Assembly (NCBI GenBank): GCA_963667035.1
Contig: OY762964.1
Span: 546,815 to 610,814, forward strand
DNA length: 64,000 nt
Direction of reading: 5' to 3'
From: Candidatus Cloacimonadales bacterium
Lineage (GTDB): Bacteria; Cloacimonadota; Cloacimonadia; Cloacimonadales; JAFGVF01
Position numbers and translations under genes: made by a program. How positions within the stretch are numbered: the stretch's first letter is position 1; the number at the start of each line of letters is the position of its first letter. The notes below the pieces were generated by a model. The model had not been told where the DNA came from, made no database searches, and saw nothing but the letters and a program-made list of their open reading frames with translations. Shown here one piece after another: positions 10,531-20,643 of this stretch.

Positions 10531-10560
10531 CTAACGCCCTTTTAATTAAAAGGGCGTTAG
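10531..10560 (+). terminator. Palindromic hairpin terminator after the C25-like gene
   Basis: Perfect palindrome CTAACGCCCTTTTAA/TTAAAAGGGCGTTAG 15 nt after the stop codon. The flanking T/A runs are weak. Confidence 0.5.
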
Positions 10561-10809
10561 TACTTTATTATACCTGTGAATACTATGAGTTATATTCATC
10601 AGTGTAACTGCTTACAACATAAATAAATAAAAATAAGTTGACCTGACATAAACAACATCTAATGTTTGTAAGGTATACATTAGTTAGAATATAAAATAAA
10701 CAGATAAATGGTGGCATTATGTTAATTAATCATTTCAAGAATAAGCGTCGCAATATTAAAGCTTATCTACAATTTCGACAAAAGTATCTGTGGAGGATAT
10801 ATATGTCAG

Positions 10810-10840
10810 AGGGTGGTTAGTATAACCACCCTTCTTTTTT
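10810..10840 (+). terminator. Strong plus-strand intrinsic terminator with no annotated plus-strand gene upstream
   Basis: AGGGTGGTTA-GTA-TAACCACCCT (10-bp stem) followed by TCTTTTTT. The T-tract abuts the stop codon of the convergent bcp gene. On the minus strand no T-run follows the hairpin. Confidence 0.6.
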
Positions 10841-11306
10841 ATCCAAGTTGTTTCGCTATTTTCAGAATTCTTTCGGCATGACCTTTCGCTTTCACATTAT
10901 AAAAGCATTCTTCAATCTTACCTTCGGGATTTACAATGAAAGTACTTCTGATAACTCCCGTCAGTTTTTTCCCATACATCATTTTATCTCCCCAGGTTTC
11001 AAAGATTCTGTGCATCTCAAGTTTCGGGTCACTCAGTAGCGTGAAAGATAGCCCTTGCTTGCTTTTAAAGCTTTGGTGGCTTTTTACGGAATCTTTACTG
11101 ACTCCGATAATTTCGAAACCAATCTCTTTAAACTTATCCTGTAAGCATGTAAAATCTTTTGCCTCCAAAGTACATCCTGGAGTATTATCTTTAGGATAGA
11201 AATAAAGTATCGTCCATTGTCCAACTATATCATCTTTAGTTATTGTATTTCCTGACTCATCAATTGCACTAAATTCAGGTAAATCGGAACCTTTGTTTAA
11301 TTTCAT
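10839..11306 (-). CDS. bcp: Thiol peroxidase Bcp (peroxiredoxin Q type)
   Basis: 155 aa with the peroxidatic Cys motif FYPKDNTPGCTLEA and overall AhpC/TSA-family similarity. Confidence 0.9.
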   Translation of the reverse strand: MKLNKGSDLPEFSAIDESGNTITKDDIVGQWTILYFYPKDNTPGCTLEAKDFTCLQDKFKEIGFEIIGVSKDSVKSHQSFKSKQGLSFTLLSDPKLEMHRIFETWGDKMMYGKKLTGVIRSTFIVNPEGKIEECFYNVKAKGHAERILKIAKQLG

Positions 11307-11390
11307 GTTACCTCCAATAAATATAGTTTATTGTCTAAAACAAAAAAGGCTACAATTAATGTAGCCTAAATCTATTATTGATCTAAATAT

Positions 11391-14129
11391 TTATTTCATT
11401 AACAAGGTTTTTCTAACTTTTGATTGTCCCTGAGATTCTAACTTAAAGAAGTAAACTCCTGAACTTAAAGTGTTTCCGTTATTATCATCACCATTCCAAA
11501 TAACAGTGTGTTCTCCTTGAGTCATGCTATTATTAACCAGTGTATTGACTTTTCTTCCTCTTATATCATACACTGATAGATTAGCAAGTCCGTTCTCCGG
11601 AATACTGAATGCTATGTTAGTTGTAGGATTAAATGGATTAGGATAATTACTAAGCATCATCTTGCTATTAACAACTTGATGCTGTTCTCCATTTGCAGTA
11701 GGAGCTCCAAGAACTGATGTTATCATTAAATTTCCTGAAGCATATTCTTGCCAATCCGATGTATTGGTCTCTTTAACCAAGGTATTACCGGATTGCTCAG
11801 TATCTACACCAATAGCAGAACTATTTACTGTATAAATCACACCTATAAAGTAGTTATTGCTAATCTCCAAGTTTTCAGAAGTCAAATCAATAGTGTGCCA
11901 TCCTTCAGTAATATTTTTTCTGTAAACTTGCTGAGACAGCATACTGTCGGGCTCTCCATTAACCTCGTCATATACTCTTAGAACTATAGGATTAGTATCA
12001 GCGGTTTGTATATAGAATCTTATATAGTCTATATTAGCTGATTCATTATTTGAGAATTTTACTACTGCAATACCACCGGGGTTATATAGAATTCCGTCTT
12101 CTGCAGTGTCATTGACATATCCAAAATTAGTGTATTCATTACCAAAAACAAAAGCTTCGGTTTCTTGAGTTGGTTCTGATTCTCCGTCTAAATATCCTGC
12201 TGTTACTGTATAGTGATGCAATCCTGGTTCAGGATTAGAATCAGTATATGATAAAATATAACGATCATAGATTGTATCTATAACTTGTCCATTATCCAAG
12301 ATGTTATAACCAAGTAACGAAGAATTGCTTATCCCGGGATGGTTCCAATTAATAGTAACCGCTTCTTCTTCATTGATTATTGAGTTTATGTTAATGGCAG
12401 GATAAACAGTAATATTACTATTAAAAAAGTTAAATACATTATGAATGAATTGATTCTTGGCGGATAAATCAGTCAAACGACTTAGGGAATATGACATCAC
12501 AACGCTTCTTTGTCCGTTGTCTCCTATATTCTGAACAGCAACGACACCATAGTCACTTTCAGAAAAGACAGGTTTACCGTTACCTGGTTCATAATAATCT
12601 ATTGTTTCAAGATTTGTTTGGTATGTATCATTGAAAGAAAGATGCATACCTACAGAAAAGGGATAGCCTTGTAAATTATCTATATCGTTGTATGTCCCGT
12701 TATTAACCGATTCTATACCTAACAAATTTAATAAGGTAGTATTTGAATTCTGGTCAACTCCAAGTACATCTGCACCTTCAATATATAGATTACCACCTTT
12801 CTGTAAATAATCTTTTACTGCTAATGCCATAGGATCTGTAAGCTCTGAATAACCGTCTTGCGAATTACCGAAGCTTAAGAAAACAGCATCATAACCATTT
12901 AAATTGTAAGGAAGCTCATAGGTGTTTTCTGCAACAAAACCTTGTGCATTTGCTTCGACATAAAAGTCGTTTCCACTGCAATCTGCAGAATTCATACCAT
13001 TCCAAATTAGTAGTCCTTCATTTGGTGTATAATTCTCGGGGACTATACCTATTACTGCTGCTTGATTGTCATTAAAGACATAACCTGGGTTAATATTCGA
13101 AACTAAATAATATCCGTTACCACTGCCGGACCAACCGAAATCAATATGAAAATAATCATTTTCCCGATAGCCATCCATGACAAAAGCATGTCCACCATCA
13201 TCACCTGATCCAGAATAATATATTACTCGAGCTTCATCAAGCTCTGATCTAAGCATATTACCCCATTGTGTTGGAGAATAGTAACTTTTTTCAACAAAAG
13301 TAGTTGAGTTAGCATAGCCGAAATAATCTTTCATAGCATCTGGAACATCCCGAGAAAAAGCTCCGGAAGCATCAGCTGAATACATCATTTCAACTGAAAC
13401 TCCACAATCATAAATCAATTTAGCTATCTGTTCATAATCAGAACCGATTTCTCTTGGCATTTGCCACCAATCATACTCAGAAGCAGAATAATTAACACTC
13501 AAATATCCATAACCAGTAGAATAGAAGCTATGAGTTCCTTCCCCGACTTCAGGATAATTCCAATATCTCATACATTGAGCCATTGCTGTTGCAACACAAC
13601 CGGCAGCAACATGACCTCCGGACCCATCCGGATCTTCAGGGCATAGGGCATTATATGGCCAGGTTTGATGCCATCGACTTGGAAGAAGTGGAGCTACTGA
13701 ACTATCTGTCCTTGAAAAAGTATTAGTATCTATGCTTTGCCATAAAGCTCTTGTCTCAGTTGAAGGAAGATCTTTTTCAATTACTTGATAAACTTCTTCA
13801 CTATAGGTGTTTAACCAGTATTTGATTCCCGGGTTGTCGCTATCAAGAGTAAGGCTACCTTCATCGGACCAAGCCAATATGGGTTGGCATCTATCATCGG
13901 AAGTTGTTATAACAAATCCATCGTTTTTATAGTTAATTATGTAAAGAGCTAACATGCTCTTATTGTATACTTTGTGTACACTTTCAATTGAAGATGTATC
14001 TTTTCTCATTGATGTTTGCAAATCCATCCATTTCCCGGCTACTGAAATTACTTTTGATTCAGGTACCGGGATTGCTCTTATAGTGCTGATTAACAACAAT
14101 ATAATCAGCAAACCGATTAATCTCTTCAT
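11391..14129 (-). CDS. Secreted peptidase C10 (streptopain-like cysteine peptidase) with N-terminal inhibitor propeptide and C-terminal sorting domain
   Basis: 912 aa with a signal peptide. The propeptide is Spi-type (LYIINYKNDGFVITTSDDRCQPILAWSDEG). The catalytic Cys context is HVAAGCVATAMAQCMRYWNYP and the catalytic His context is GGHAFVMDGY. The C-terminus is an NYPNPFNPTT... domain. Confidence 0.8.
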   Translation of the reverse strand: MKRLIGLLIILLLISTIRAIPVPESKVISVAGKWMDLQTSMRKDTSSIESVHKVYNKSMLALYIINYKNDGFVITTSDDRCQPILAWSDEGSLTLDSDNPGIKYWLNTYSEEVYQVIEKDLPSTETRALWQSIDTNTFSRTDSSVAPLLPSRWHQTWPYNALCPEDPDGSGGHVAAGCVATAMAQCMRYWNYPEVGEGTHSFYSTGYGYLSVNYSASEYDWWQMPREIGSDYEQIAKLIYDCGVSVEMMYSADASGAFSRDVPDAMKDYFGYANSTTFVEKSYYSPTQWGNMLRSELDEARVIYYSGSGDDGGHAFVMDGYRENDYFHIDFGWSGSGNGYYLVSNINPGYVFNDNQAAVIGIVPENYTPNEGLLIWNGMNSADCSGNDFYVEANAQGFVAENTYELPYNLNGYDAVFLSFGNSQDGYSELTDPMALAVKDYLQKGGNLYIEGADVLGVDQNSNTTLLNLLGIESVNNGTYNDIDNLQGYPFSVGMHLSFNDTYQTNLETIDYYEPGNGKPVFSESDYGVVAVQNIGDNGQRSVVMSYSLSRLTDLSAKNQFIHNVFNFFNSNITVYPAININSIINEEEAVTINWNHPGISNSSLLGYNILDNGQVIDTIYDRYILSYTDSNPEPGLHHYTVTAGYLDGESEPTQETEAFVFGNEYTNFGYVNDTAEDGILYNPGGIAVVKFSNNESANIDYIRFYIQTADTNPIVLRVYDEVNGEPDSMLSQQVYRKNITEGWHTIDLTSENLEISNNYFIGVIYTVNSSAIGVDTEQSGNTLVKETNTSDWQEYASGNLMITSVLGAPTANGEQHQVVNSKMMLSNYPNPFNPTTNIAFSIPENGLANLSVYDIRGRKVNTLVNNSMTQGEHTVIWNGDDNNGNTLSSGVYFFKLESQGQSKVRKTLLMK

Positions 14130-14264
14130 TCATCACCTCTCATTTTATTATCCAATTTCGTACAATCTTTATTTGTCATATTGCTATTTTTAAGTAATTT
14201 TTCTTCCAAAGAGGACATAAAGTACTCACGATTAAGAAATAATTGTTAAAGGAGCATAAATAAT

Positions 14265-14762
14265 ATGGCAAAAATTACATTACAAGGCAATCCAATCAAC
14301 ACATTTTCCGATTTACCAAAAATAGGAAGCAAAGCACCTGAGTTTAAGCTTACTGCAGGTGATTTAAGCGACAAGGCACTAGACCAATGGAAAGGAAAGA
14401 AGATTATTCTTAACATTTTCCCTAGTATAGATACATCCGTATGTGCAAATTCAGTTAGAAGATTCAATGCAGAGGCTTCTAGCCTTAAGAACACTGTTGT
14501 ATTATGCATTTCTCGTGATCTCCCATTTGCACAAGCAAGATTCTGTGGAGCTGAAGGACTCGATAACGTTATTACTCTTTCCAGTATGAAAGATGAGAGC
14601 TTTGGTAAGGAGTATGGTGTTAAGATTATAGACGGTCCAATGGAGTCTTTGTTAGCCAGGTCGGTTTTGATTGTTGACGAAGAAGGAAAAATCAAATATA
14701 CACAGCTAGTACCTGAAATAGTAGAAGAACCTAATTATGAGGATGTGTTATCTAATCTTTAA
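14265..14762 (+). CDS. tpx: Thiol peroxidase Tpx
   Basis: 165 aa with FPSIDTSVCANSVRRFN (peroxidatic Cys) and a resolving Cys in ARFCGAEG. The N-terminus is Tpx-like (ITLQGNPI). Confidence 0.9.
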   Translation: MAKITLQGNPINTFSDLPKIGSKAPEFKLTAGDLSDKALDQWKGKKIILNIFPSIDTSVCANSVRRFNAEASSLKNTVVLCISRDLPFAQARFCGAEGLDNVITLSSMKDESFGKEYGVKIIDGPMESLLARSVLIVDEEGKIKYTQLVPEIVEEPNYEDVLSNL

Positions 14763-14780
14763 AATAGAATTGTTTATGTT

Positions 14781-14814
14781 GAAGAAGATTGCTTTATGGC
14801 AATCTTCTTTTTTT
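14781..14814 (+). terminator. Rho-independent terminator after tpx
   Basis: GAAGAAGATTGC-TTTATG-GCAATCTTCTT followed by a T-run (TTTTTTT). Confidence 0.65.
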
Positions 14815-15022
14815 AATTATTCTAAAAAATTAAGTTTGCCAAAATATTAATTATTAAAATTGACTGTTATTTATGCAATGGGTACATGCCTGAGATGTAT
14901 CTGTTATAAAGGAATAAGAGCTTTTACAAAACAAAAGGATGTATTAATTAATTGACATTTAACCTATGAGATACTTTAGTGATAATGTTAGTATTTTGCT
15001 ATAGAAAGAAATTGAGGAGTAC

Positions 15023-17290
15023 ATGAAGCATATAAAAAAAAGTGATGTCATTGCTATATTCATTATTTTTATTGTAGTTTGGCTTTCTGATTCATTATTA
15101 ACTATGTTTCTCCTCACTCATGAATTTATTCAATGCGTATTAATAAATCCATTATCTCCTATCGCTATTAAGAGAGCTTGTCTTGCTCTGATAATGACCG
15201 TGACTTATATGTTACTCTTCAAAACTACCGTAAAAAAGAACTATCTTAACATCTGTGGCAGTGTATTTAAAGAAACCATTCAGAAAGCACCTTTTGGAGC
15301 TTTAGTAAGTGACATAAATGGTAACTTTCTTTTCTTTAACGAAAGATTTACCGAGATGACAGGGTACACGATTGATCAGATTAAGACTTTTGACGATTGG
15401 TTTAGAATAGTCTATCCCGACCCTGAATATTGTGAACTGGTAAAAAAAGCTTGGGATAATGACTTAAGAGCTTTGATAACTAAAGAATCAAGGGTAGTAA
15501 ATAATCAAGTTAAAATCCGATGCTCTGAAAATCAAAATAAATATCTCTCCCTATCGGCTTCCTACGCTAAAGATTTTGTTATTATATCTGCTGAAGATGT
15601 CACTGAACATATTCTTACAAAGGATGCACTGTTACAACAACAAAGAGAGCTTAGACAAATCATTAACTCTGTTCCGCACTTTATATATATCAAAGATGAG
15701 AATCGTAAGGTATATATGATAAACAATGCTCTAGCCGAATTCTTCGGGTGTGCTGTTAGCGATATAGAAGGCAATAATGAGATTAATGAGAAGGCTGTTT
15801 TTGAAGATGAAGAACGTTTTATAAGAACTGATATGCAGATAATAAACGGTGAAGTTGATAAACTTGAATACATAGAGAAGGTAACTTACAAGGATGGTAG
15901 GTCAACTTGGTTCATGACCATCAAAGTGCCGTTTTATACTAATAATAACAAACGATATGTTCTAGGTATTTCCGTAGATGTTTCAGAGCTTCTTAACAAA
16001 GATAAAGAACTCATCGAGACCAGTACAAAGCTAGAGAAAGAAACCATTGCGAGGATGATCTCAGATAAACGCTTGCTTGAAACTCAAGAGACTCTTTCTC
16101 GAATCGTTTATAACAGTCCTAATCTATTTTTCTCAATGGACCCTGATCTTAACCTGACATTTATTAGCCCTCAAGTTGAAACTATTCTCGGATATAAACC
16201 GGACGAGATTAATGATAACTTTGATTGGATATTTATCAATAGTAAGACTCGAGCTTATATCAGAAATAGTATTAAAAGGGCTTTGGAGACTAGGGAGGAG
16301 CAACCTCACTATACAATAGAACTCCGGAAAAGGAATGGAGAGAAGCTGTGGGCTGAGATTAGAGAAACACCAATTATTGAAGATGGAAAAGCGGTTGCAG
16401 TTATTGGGTTGATTGTGGATGTTACCAAGAATAAGCAAGCAGAAACCGAGATTTATAGCTACCAAGAGAATCTTGAAAGTATCATTGAGAAAAGGACGAG
16501 TGAACTTGAGGAGAGAACAAAGAGATTAACTGACTCCCAGAGAGCTTTGACTTACCTCTTGGAAGATGTTAACTCTTCTCAGAAGAAACTTGAAAAAACT
16601 AATAAAGCCTTAATTGCTGCCAATAAGGAATTGGAAGCATTCTCATACTCAATTTCACATGATTTACGAACTCCTCTAAGGGCTATCAACAGCTTTGCCA
16701 AACTACTTGCGGATGAATACTCACACCTCTTTGATGATGAAGCTTTCAGGATGTTCAATATAATAAGAGAGAACTCCATTATCATGAGTAATCTTATAAA
16801 TGACTTATTGGCATTCTCAAAGTTAGGACTTGAAAAAGTGGAAAAAGTACCGGTGGACATGGAAACTATCATAAAGGATGAATATAAAAGTGCAGTAAAC
16901 TTCTTAGATTATCCTATTGAATTAAGAATGGAAACAATTCATTCGGTAATAGGAGATAAACATCTATTGAAGCAGGTGTGGACAAATCTTATCTCTAATG
17001 CGATAAAGTACAGTCGAAACTCAAAACCTTCTATTATTACAATAACTTCAAAAGAGGACTCAGAGTCTGTAACCTATATGATCTCTGACAACGGAGTGGG
17101 TTTTGATACACGATACAAGGATAAATTGTTCGGAGTATTCCAAAGGTTGCATTCTGTTAAAGATTTTGAAGGTACGGGCGTAGGACTTGCCATTGCTCAT
17201 CGAATAGTCCAGAAACATAGCGGGACAATTGATGCAGATTCCGACGGTAAGACCGGAGCAACCTTTATGTTTACATTACCTAAGAAATAA
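15023..17290 (+). CDS. Membrane-anchored multi-PAS sensor histidine kinase (no adjacent response regulator)
   Basis: 755 aa with N-terminal TM helices and several PAS/PAC-like segments. It has a coiled coil, an H-box (FSYSISHDLRTPL) and HATPase_c motifs (NAIKYS..., DNGVGF, GTGVGLAI). Confidence 0.9.
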   Translation: MKHIKKSDVIAIFIIFIVVWLSDSLLTMFLLTHEFIQCVLINPLSPIAIKRACLALIMTVTYMLLFKTTVKKNYLNICGSVFKETIQKAPFGALVSDINGNFLFFNERFTEMTGYTIDQIKTFDDWFRIVYPDPEYCELVKKAWDNDLRALITKESRVVNNQVKIRCSENQNKYLSLSASYAKDFVIISAEDVTEHILTKDALLQQQRELRQIINSVPHFIYIKDENRKVYMINNALAEFFGCAVSDIEGNNEINEKAVFEDEERFIRTDMQIINGEVDKLEYIEKVTYKDGRSTWFMTIKVPFYTNNNKRYVLGISVDVSELLNKDKELIETSTKLEKETIARMISDKRLLETQETLSRIVYNSPNLFFSMDPDLNLTFISPQVETILGYKPDEINDNFDWIFINSKTRAYIRNSIKRALETREEQPHYTIELRKRNGEKLWAEIRETPIIEDGKAVAVIGLIVDVTKNKQAETEIYSYQENLESIIEKRTSELEERTKRLTDSQRALTYLLEDVNSSQKKLEKTNKALIAANKELEAFSYSISHDLRTPLRAINSFAKLLADEYSHLFDDEAFRMFNIIRENSIIMSNLINDLLAFSKLGLEKVEKVPVDMETIIKDEYKSAVNFLDYPIELRMETIHSVIGDKHLLKQVWTNLISNAIKYSRNSKPSIITITSKEDSESVTYMISDNGVGFDTRYKDKLFGVFQRLHSVKDFEGTGVGLAIAHRIVQKHSGTIDADSDGKTGATFMFTLPKK

Positions 17291-18060
17291 CTATTACTTA
17301 TCACTATTACAGTTAGACGTTTTTAGACTTAACTCGTAGTCTTCTAATATAAACAGATCCCAATATAATTCCTTCAATCCTTCTCATTTAAATTGAATAC
17401 TTCTGATAGAGAAACAAAAAACATCATATCAAAAAAAGCAATGAACATTTTCTGTTTAAAGGGACTATTCTGCTCGTTCACTCCTCTATCATAATAATTA
17501 ATCGAAAACGGTTCAATTCTTGAGAGTCTCTTGGGCAACCCCTGTGCCCGGAGATAAGAGACGGATAAGATTTTGAGTAGAAAATGATATCTTTCAGACA
17601 ATAATTATGATAGAGCTATGAGAGATTAGAGATATTGAAAAACTTCAAAATGAAATTACAGTTTATCAGCCTATCCGTTATCTTATTTAGCAGTGTGGTT
17701 AGTTCAAAAAGTTTTCTTTTCTCGTTACAATACCGATAGCAATTTCTATAGTTTGCTCCTTTGGCAAAATTTCTTTAGCCATAGAGGATGACAATGATAA
17801 TTTTGTCAGGATGTTTGAATGTTTTGTCCTGTAGTTGACTCTCTTTAAGTACTGCACTATAGGTTAATTCATCCTAATATTCTCATTCTAAGCATGAACT
17901 ATCAATGTAGCACCCTATAAAATAAATATCAAAAACTCACGAGTTAAAGCTTGATGAATCCTCTTATGATAATGGTTTTAAACTGTATGATATAATTCCT
18001 ATTAAAATGGTGTAAGTATTATATTGACACATTTTCAGACTGTAATTTTCATAATATATT

Positions 18061-19131
18061 ATGAAACCATATAAAATATTCGGCATAGTACAGCCGGGAT
18101 TGGAACATATTGCAGAACAAGAATTAAAAAGATTAGGTGTGAAGAACTATACTCTGTTAAATGGAGGTATAGAGTTTGTTGGACATCAATCTCTTCTGAT
18201 TAAATGTAATCTCATAAGTCGTGTATTCTCTCGCTTTATCATTCGGAATGGTGAGTTTATTGCCACTACTTTTCAAGAATTGGAAGCTAAGATAATGCAA
18301 TTGAATTGGCAAGATTTCTTTAAGGATCAGAATTTGTGTTTGCATGTGAACTCAATCGATTCTAAGCTATACCATGAGAAAGCAATAGGGCTAACAGTAA
18401 TCTCAGCTTTAAATAAGCTATATAAGAAAGACATAAATGTTGATTCTGTCCCTCAATCCGAGAATAGTCAACTGGTCATTATAAATGTGTATAGAAACAA
18501 ATTTACTGTAAGTATGGATAGCAGTGGAGAGCATTTACATAAACGAGGTTACATGGATTGGAGAGAAAAAGCACCGATAAGAGAAACTATCGCTGCAGCT
18601 ATGCTTCAATCAGTGAAAGAACCTGTACACTTTCTTTTAGATCCTTTGTGTGGTTCCGGTACTATACCAATTGAGATGGCTATCCAACAAATGCAACTTC
18701 CGCTTTCCAGGTTTAGAAAGTTTGCTTTTCAGGATTGGCCTTCAATACAAACAAACAGATTTATAAAAATAAATTCGGAACTCGAAGATAATACAATTAC
18801 TAAACCTGACATTTTTATTAAAGGTTCCGATATAGACCAAAAGTCAATAACAACAGCTTCTCATAACGCAGATAAAGCGGGAGTAGGGGACCTTATCCAA
18901 TGGGAAATAAAAGATATTAACGATTATAATAATCAACTAGAGAATAAATTAATTGTAACTAATCCACCATACGGTGTTAGAATCAATGGAACAGAATCAC
19001 TAAAATCATTGAGTTTGCTGTCAAAACAGAATAGGGTATATTTAATACACCCTAGAAAGTTTAAGAACAGTGAGGAATTATTTAGTATAAAAAACGGTTC
19101 AATCAGAGTCAGTTTTCAGAAGCTGACTTAA
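18061..19131 (+). CDS. THUMP-domain class I SAM-dependent RNA methyltransferase (COG0116-like)
   Basis: 356 aa with an N-terminal THUMP-like region, the SAM-binding loop LDPLCGSGTIPIE and the catalytic NPPYG motif. Confidence 0.75.
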   Translation: MKPYKIFGIVQPGLEHIAEQELKRLGVKNYTLLNGGIEFVGHQSLLIKCNLISRVFSRFIIRNGEFIATTFQELEAKIMQLNWQDFFKDQNLCLHVNSIDSKLYHEKAIGLTVISALNKLYKKDINVDSVPQSENSQLVIINVYRNKFTVSMDSSGEHLHKRGYMDWREKAPIRETIAAAMLQSVKEPVHFLLDPLCGSGTIPIEMAIQQMQLPLSRFRKFAFQDWPSIQTNRFIKINSELEDNTITKPDIFIKGSDIDQKSITTASHNADKAGVGDLIQWEIKDINDYNNQLENKLIVTNPPYGVRINGTESLKSLSLLSKQNRVYLIHPRKFKNSEELFSIKNGSIRVSFQKLT

Positions 19132-19146
19132 CTGAAGGAGACAACA

Positions 19147-19908
19147 GTGTACTCACATGAAGTTGAATATGAAATTATTGGTGATGATATACAGGTAGTG
19201 GAAATTAGTCTGGATCCGAGAGAGACAATTGTTGCAGAAGCTGGGGCGATGAACTGGATGGATGAAGGTATTACTTTTGAATCAAAACTAGGTGACGGTT
19301 CGGAAGTAAATAAAGGATTAGCCGGGAAGCTTTTTCAAACAGCTAAAAGAGCTTTGAGCGGGGAGTCAATATTCTTAACGCATTTCACAAATTCTGTAAA
19401 TTCAGTACAGAAAGTTGCTTTTGCGGCACCTTATCCGGGTAAAATAATTCCTGTTAATCTTGCAGAAACAGGTAACGTAATATACTGCCAAAAAGATGCA
19501 TATCTTTGTTCCGCATTCGGAACAAAGATTGATATTGCTTTTACAAAAAGAATAGGAACAGGCTTTTTTGGTGGAGAAGGATTCATTCTACAGAAAATAA
19601 GCGGTGACGGACTTGCTTTTCTTCATGCAGGTGGTGCAATAGTGAAGAAAGAGCTTAAAGGTGGAAAACTTCGAGTAGATACCGGATGTCTTGTTGCTTT
19701 TACTGACGGAATAGAATATGATATTGAGTTAGCAGGCGGATTGAAATCAATGCTTTTTGGTGGAGAAGGTCTATTTTTAGCTACACTTCGAGGACACGGA
19801 TATGTCTACCTCCAATCGCTGCCATTTTCAAGACTTGCAAATAATGTTTTAAAACATGCTCCCGGAATGGGAGGAACTAATAAAGGTGAAAGTAGTATAA
19901 GCTTTTAG
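19147..19908 (+). CDS. AIM24 / TIGR00266-family protein (function unknown)
   Basis: 253 aa with a GTG start 7 nt after GGAG. It has typical AIM24 repeats ([41 protein letters not shown]). Confidence 0.8.
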   Translation: MYSHEVEYEIIGDDIQVVEISLDPRETIVAEAGAMNWMDEGITFESKLGDGSEVNKGLAGKLFQTAKRALSGESIFLTHFTNSVNSVQKVAFAAPYPGKIIPVNLAETGNVIYCQKDAYLCSAFGTKIDIAFTKRIGTGFFGGEGFILQKISGDGLAFLHAGGAIVKKELKGGKLRVDTGCLVAFTDGIEYDIELAGGLKSMLFGGEGLFLATLRGHGYVYLQSLPFSRLANNVLKHAPGMGGTNKGESSISF

Positions 19909-20084
19909 TTGCTTTAGTGAATATAATTCATATTATATATTTATGATTATTAATAGCTGATTTATTGAGCTTTTTACTCTCACTTGATATTTGTAATGCA
20001 TTGGTGAATAAACTACTTCGATTTATTCCATAAATAGCAGTTTACATTTTAGTACTAATCGTAAACTTTATACAAAAATTAATT

Positions 20085-20096
20085 TTGTTGCAACAA
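20085..20096. promoter_or_regulatory. Perfect 12-bp palindrome TTGTTGCAACAA, candidate MarR operator
   Basis: It sits about 95 nt upstream of the MarR-family gene start. MarR dimers typically bind short palindromes in their own promoter regions. Confidence 0.35.
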
Positions 20097-20189
20097 TACG
20101 GAGTTTTGTTATACTATAAATGTTATCTGAGTTTATGGTTGGAAGTGAAATTATTTAAACTAAGATAATAAAAATGACAGGAGGTTATT

Positions 20190-20642
20190 ATGAAATACTC
20201 AGTTGAGGATTTTATAGCTCTTACTAACAGAATGCAGAAGATACTGTATGAACGTGACACATTACACAAATCATCCATGAATATTGGTAAAATGGAATGT
20301 AACATGTTACAATATCTTTTCACACAGAACAAACCGGTAAGCATGAACCAGCTTGCCAAAGCTTTAAACGTGTCACACAGTCGTGTTACCAGAATAATGG
20401 ATAATCTGGTTTTGAAGGGATTTGCAGAAAGACAACATTCGGAAGAAGACAGAAGAAGATGGTTTGCTGTTGTTACCGAAGGTGGTCAGAGACTAGCCTC
20501 TGAATGCAGCAAAAAGATTTTTGCTCAGCAACGCAAAGTATATGATGAGCTTAGCGAAACTGACAGAGATGCTGTATATGAAAGTCTTGATAAATTCATT
20601 AAAACCTACGAAGTAATTATCGCAAAACATAAAAAGAAATAA
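20190..20642 (+). CDS. MarR-family transcriptional regulator
   Basis: 150 aa with a winged-HTH region (MNQLAKALNVSHSRVTRIMDNLVLKGFAERQHSEEDRRR). An AGGAGG RBS precedes it. Confidence 0.85.
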   Translation: MKYSVEDFIALTNRMQKILYERDTLHKSSMNIGKMECNMLQYLFTQNKPVSMNQLAKALNVSHSRVTRIMDNLVLKGFAERQHSEEDRRRWFAVVTEGGQRLASECSKKIFAQQRKVYDELSETDRDAVYESLDKFIKTYEVIIAKHKKK

Positions 20643-20643
20643 A

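Noticed and set aside
14246-14695. 149-aa ORF antisense to tpx. Similar long antisense ORFs occur at 31945-32394 (fabD), 21040-21357 (thioredoxin gene), 22084-22398 (mscS), 38402-38707 and 38867-39139 (ligase), 45534-45842 (uvrB) and 46667-47168 (helicase).
   Set aside because: Each lies fully inside a well-supported gene on the opposite strand and has low-complexity or odd composition. These are typical shadow ORFs.
17374-17601. 75-aa minus-strand ORF in the 770-bp gap
   Set aside because: It has no RBS and no recognisable motif. It spans the GC-rich nested stem. I kept it only as part of the 'unexplained gap' finding.
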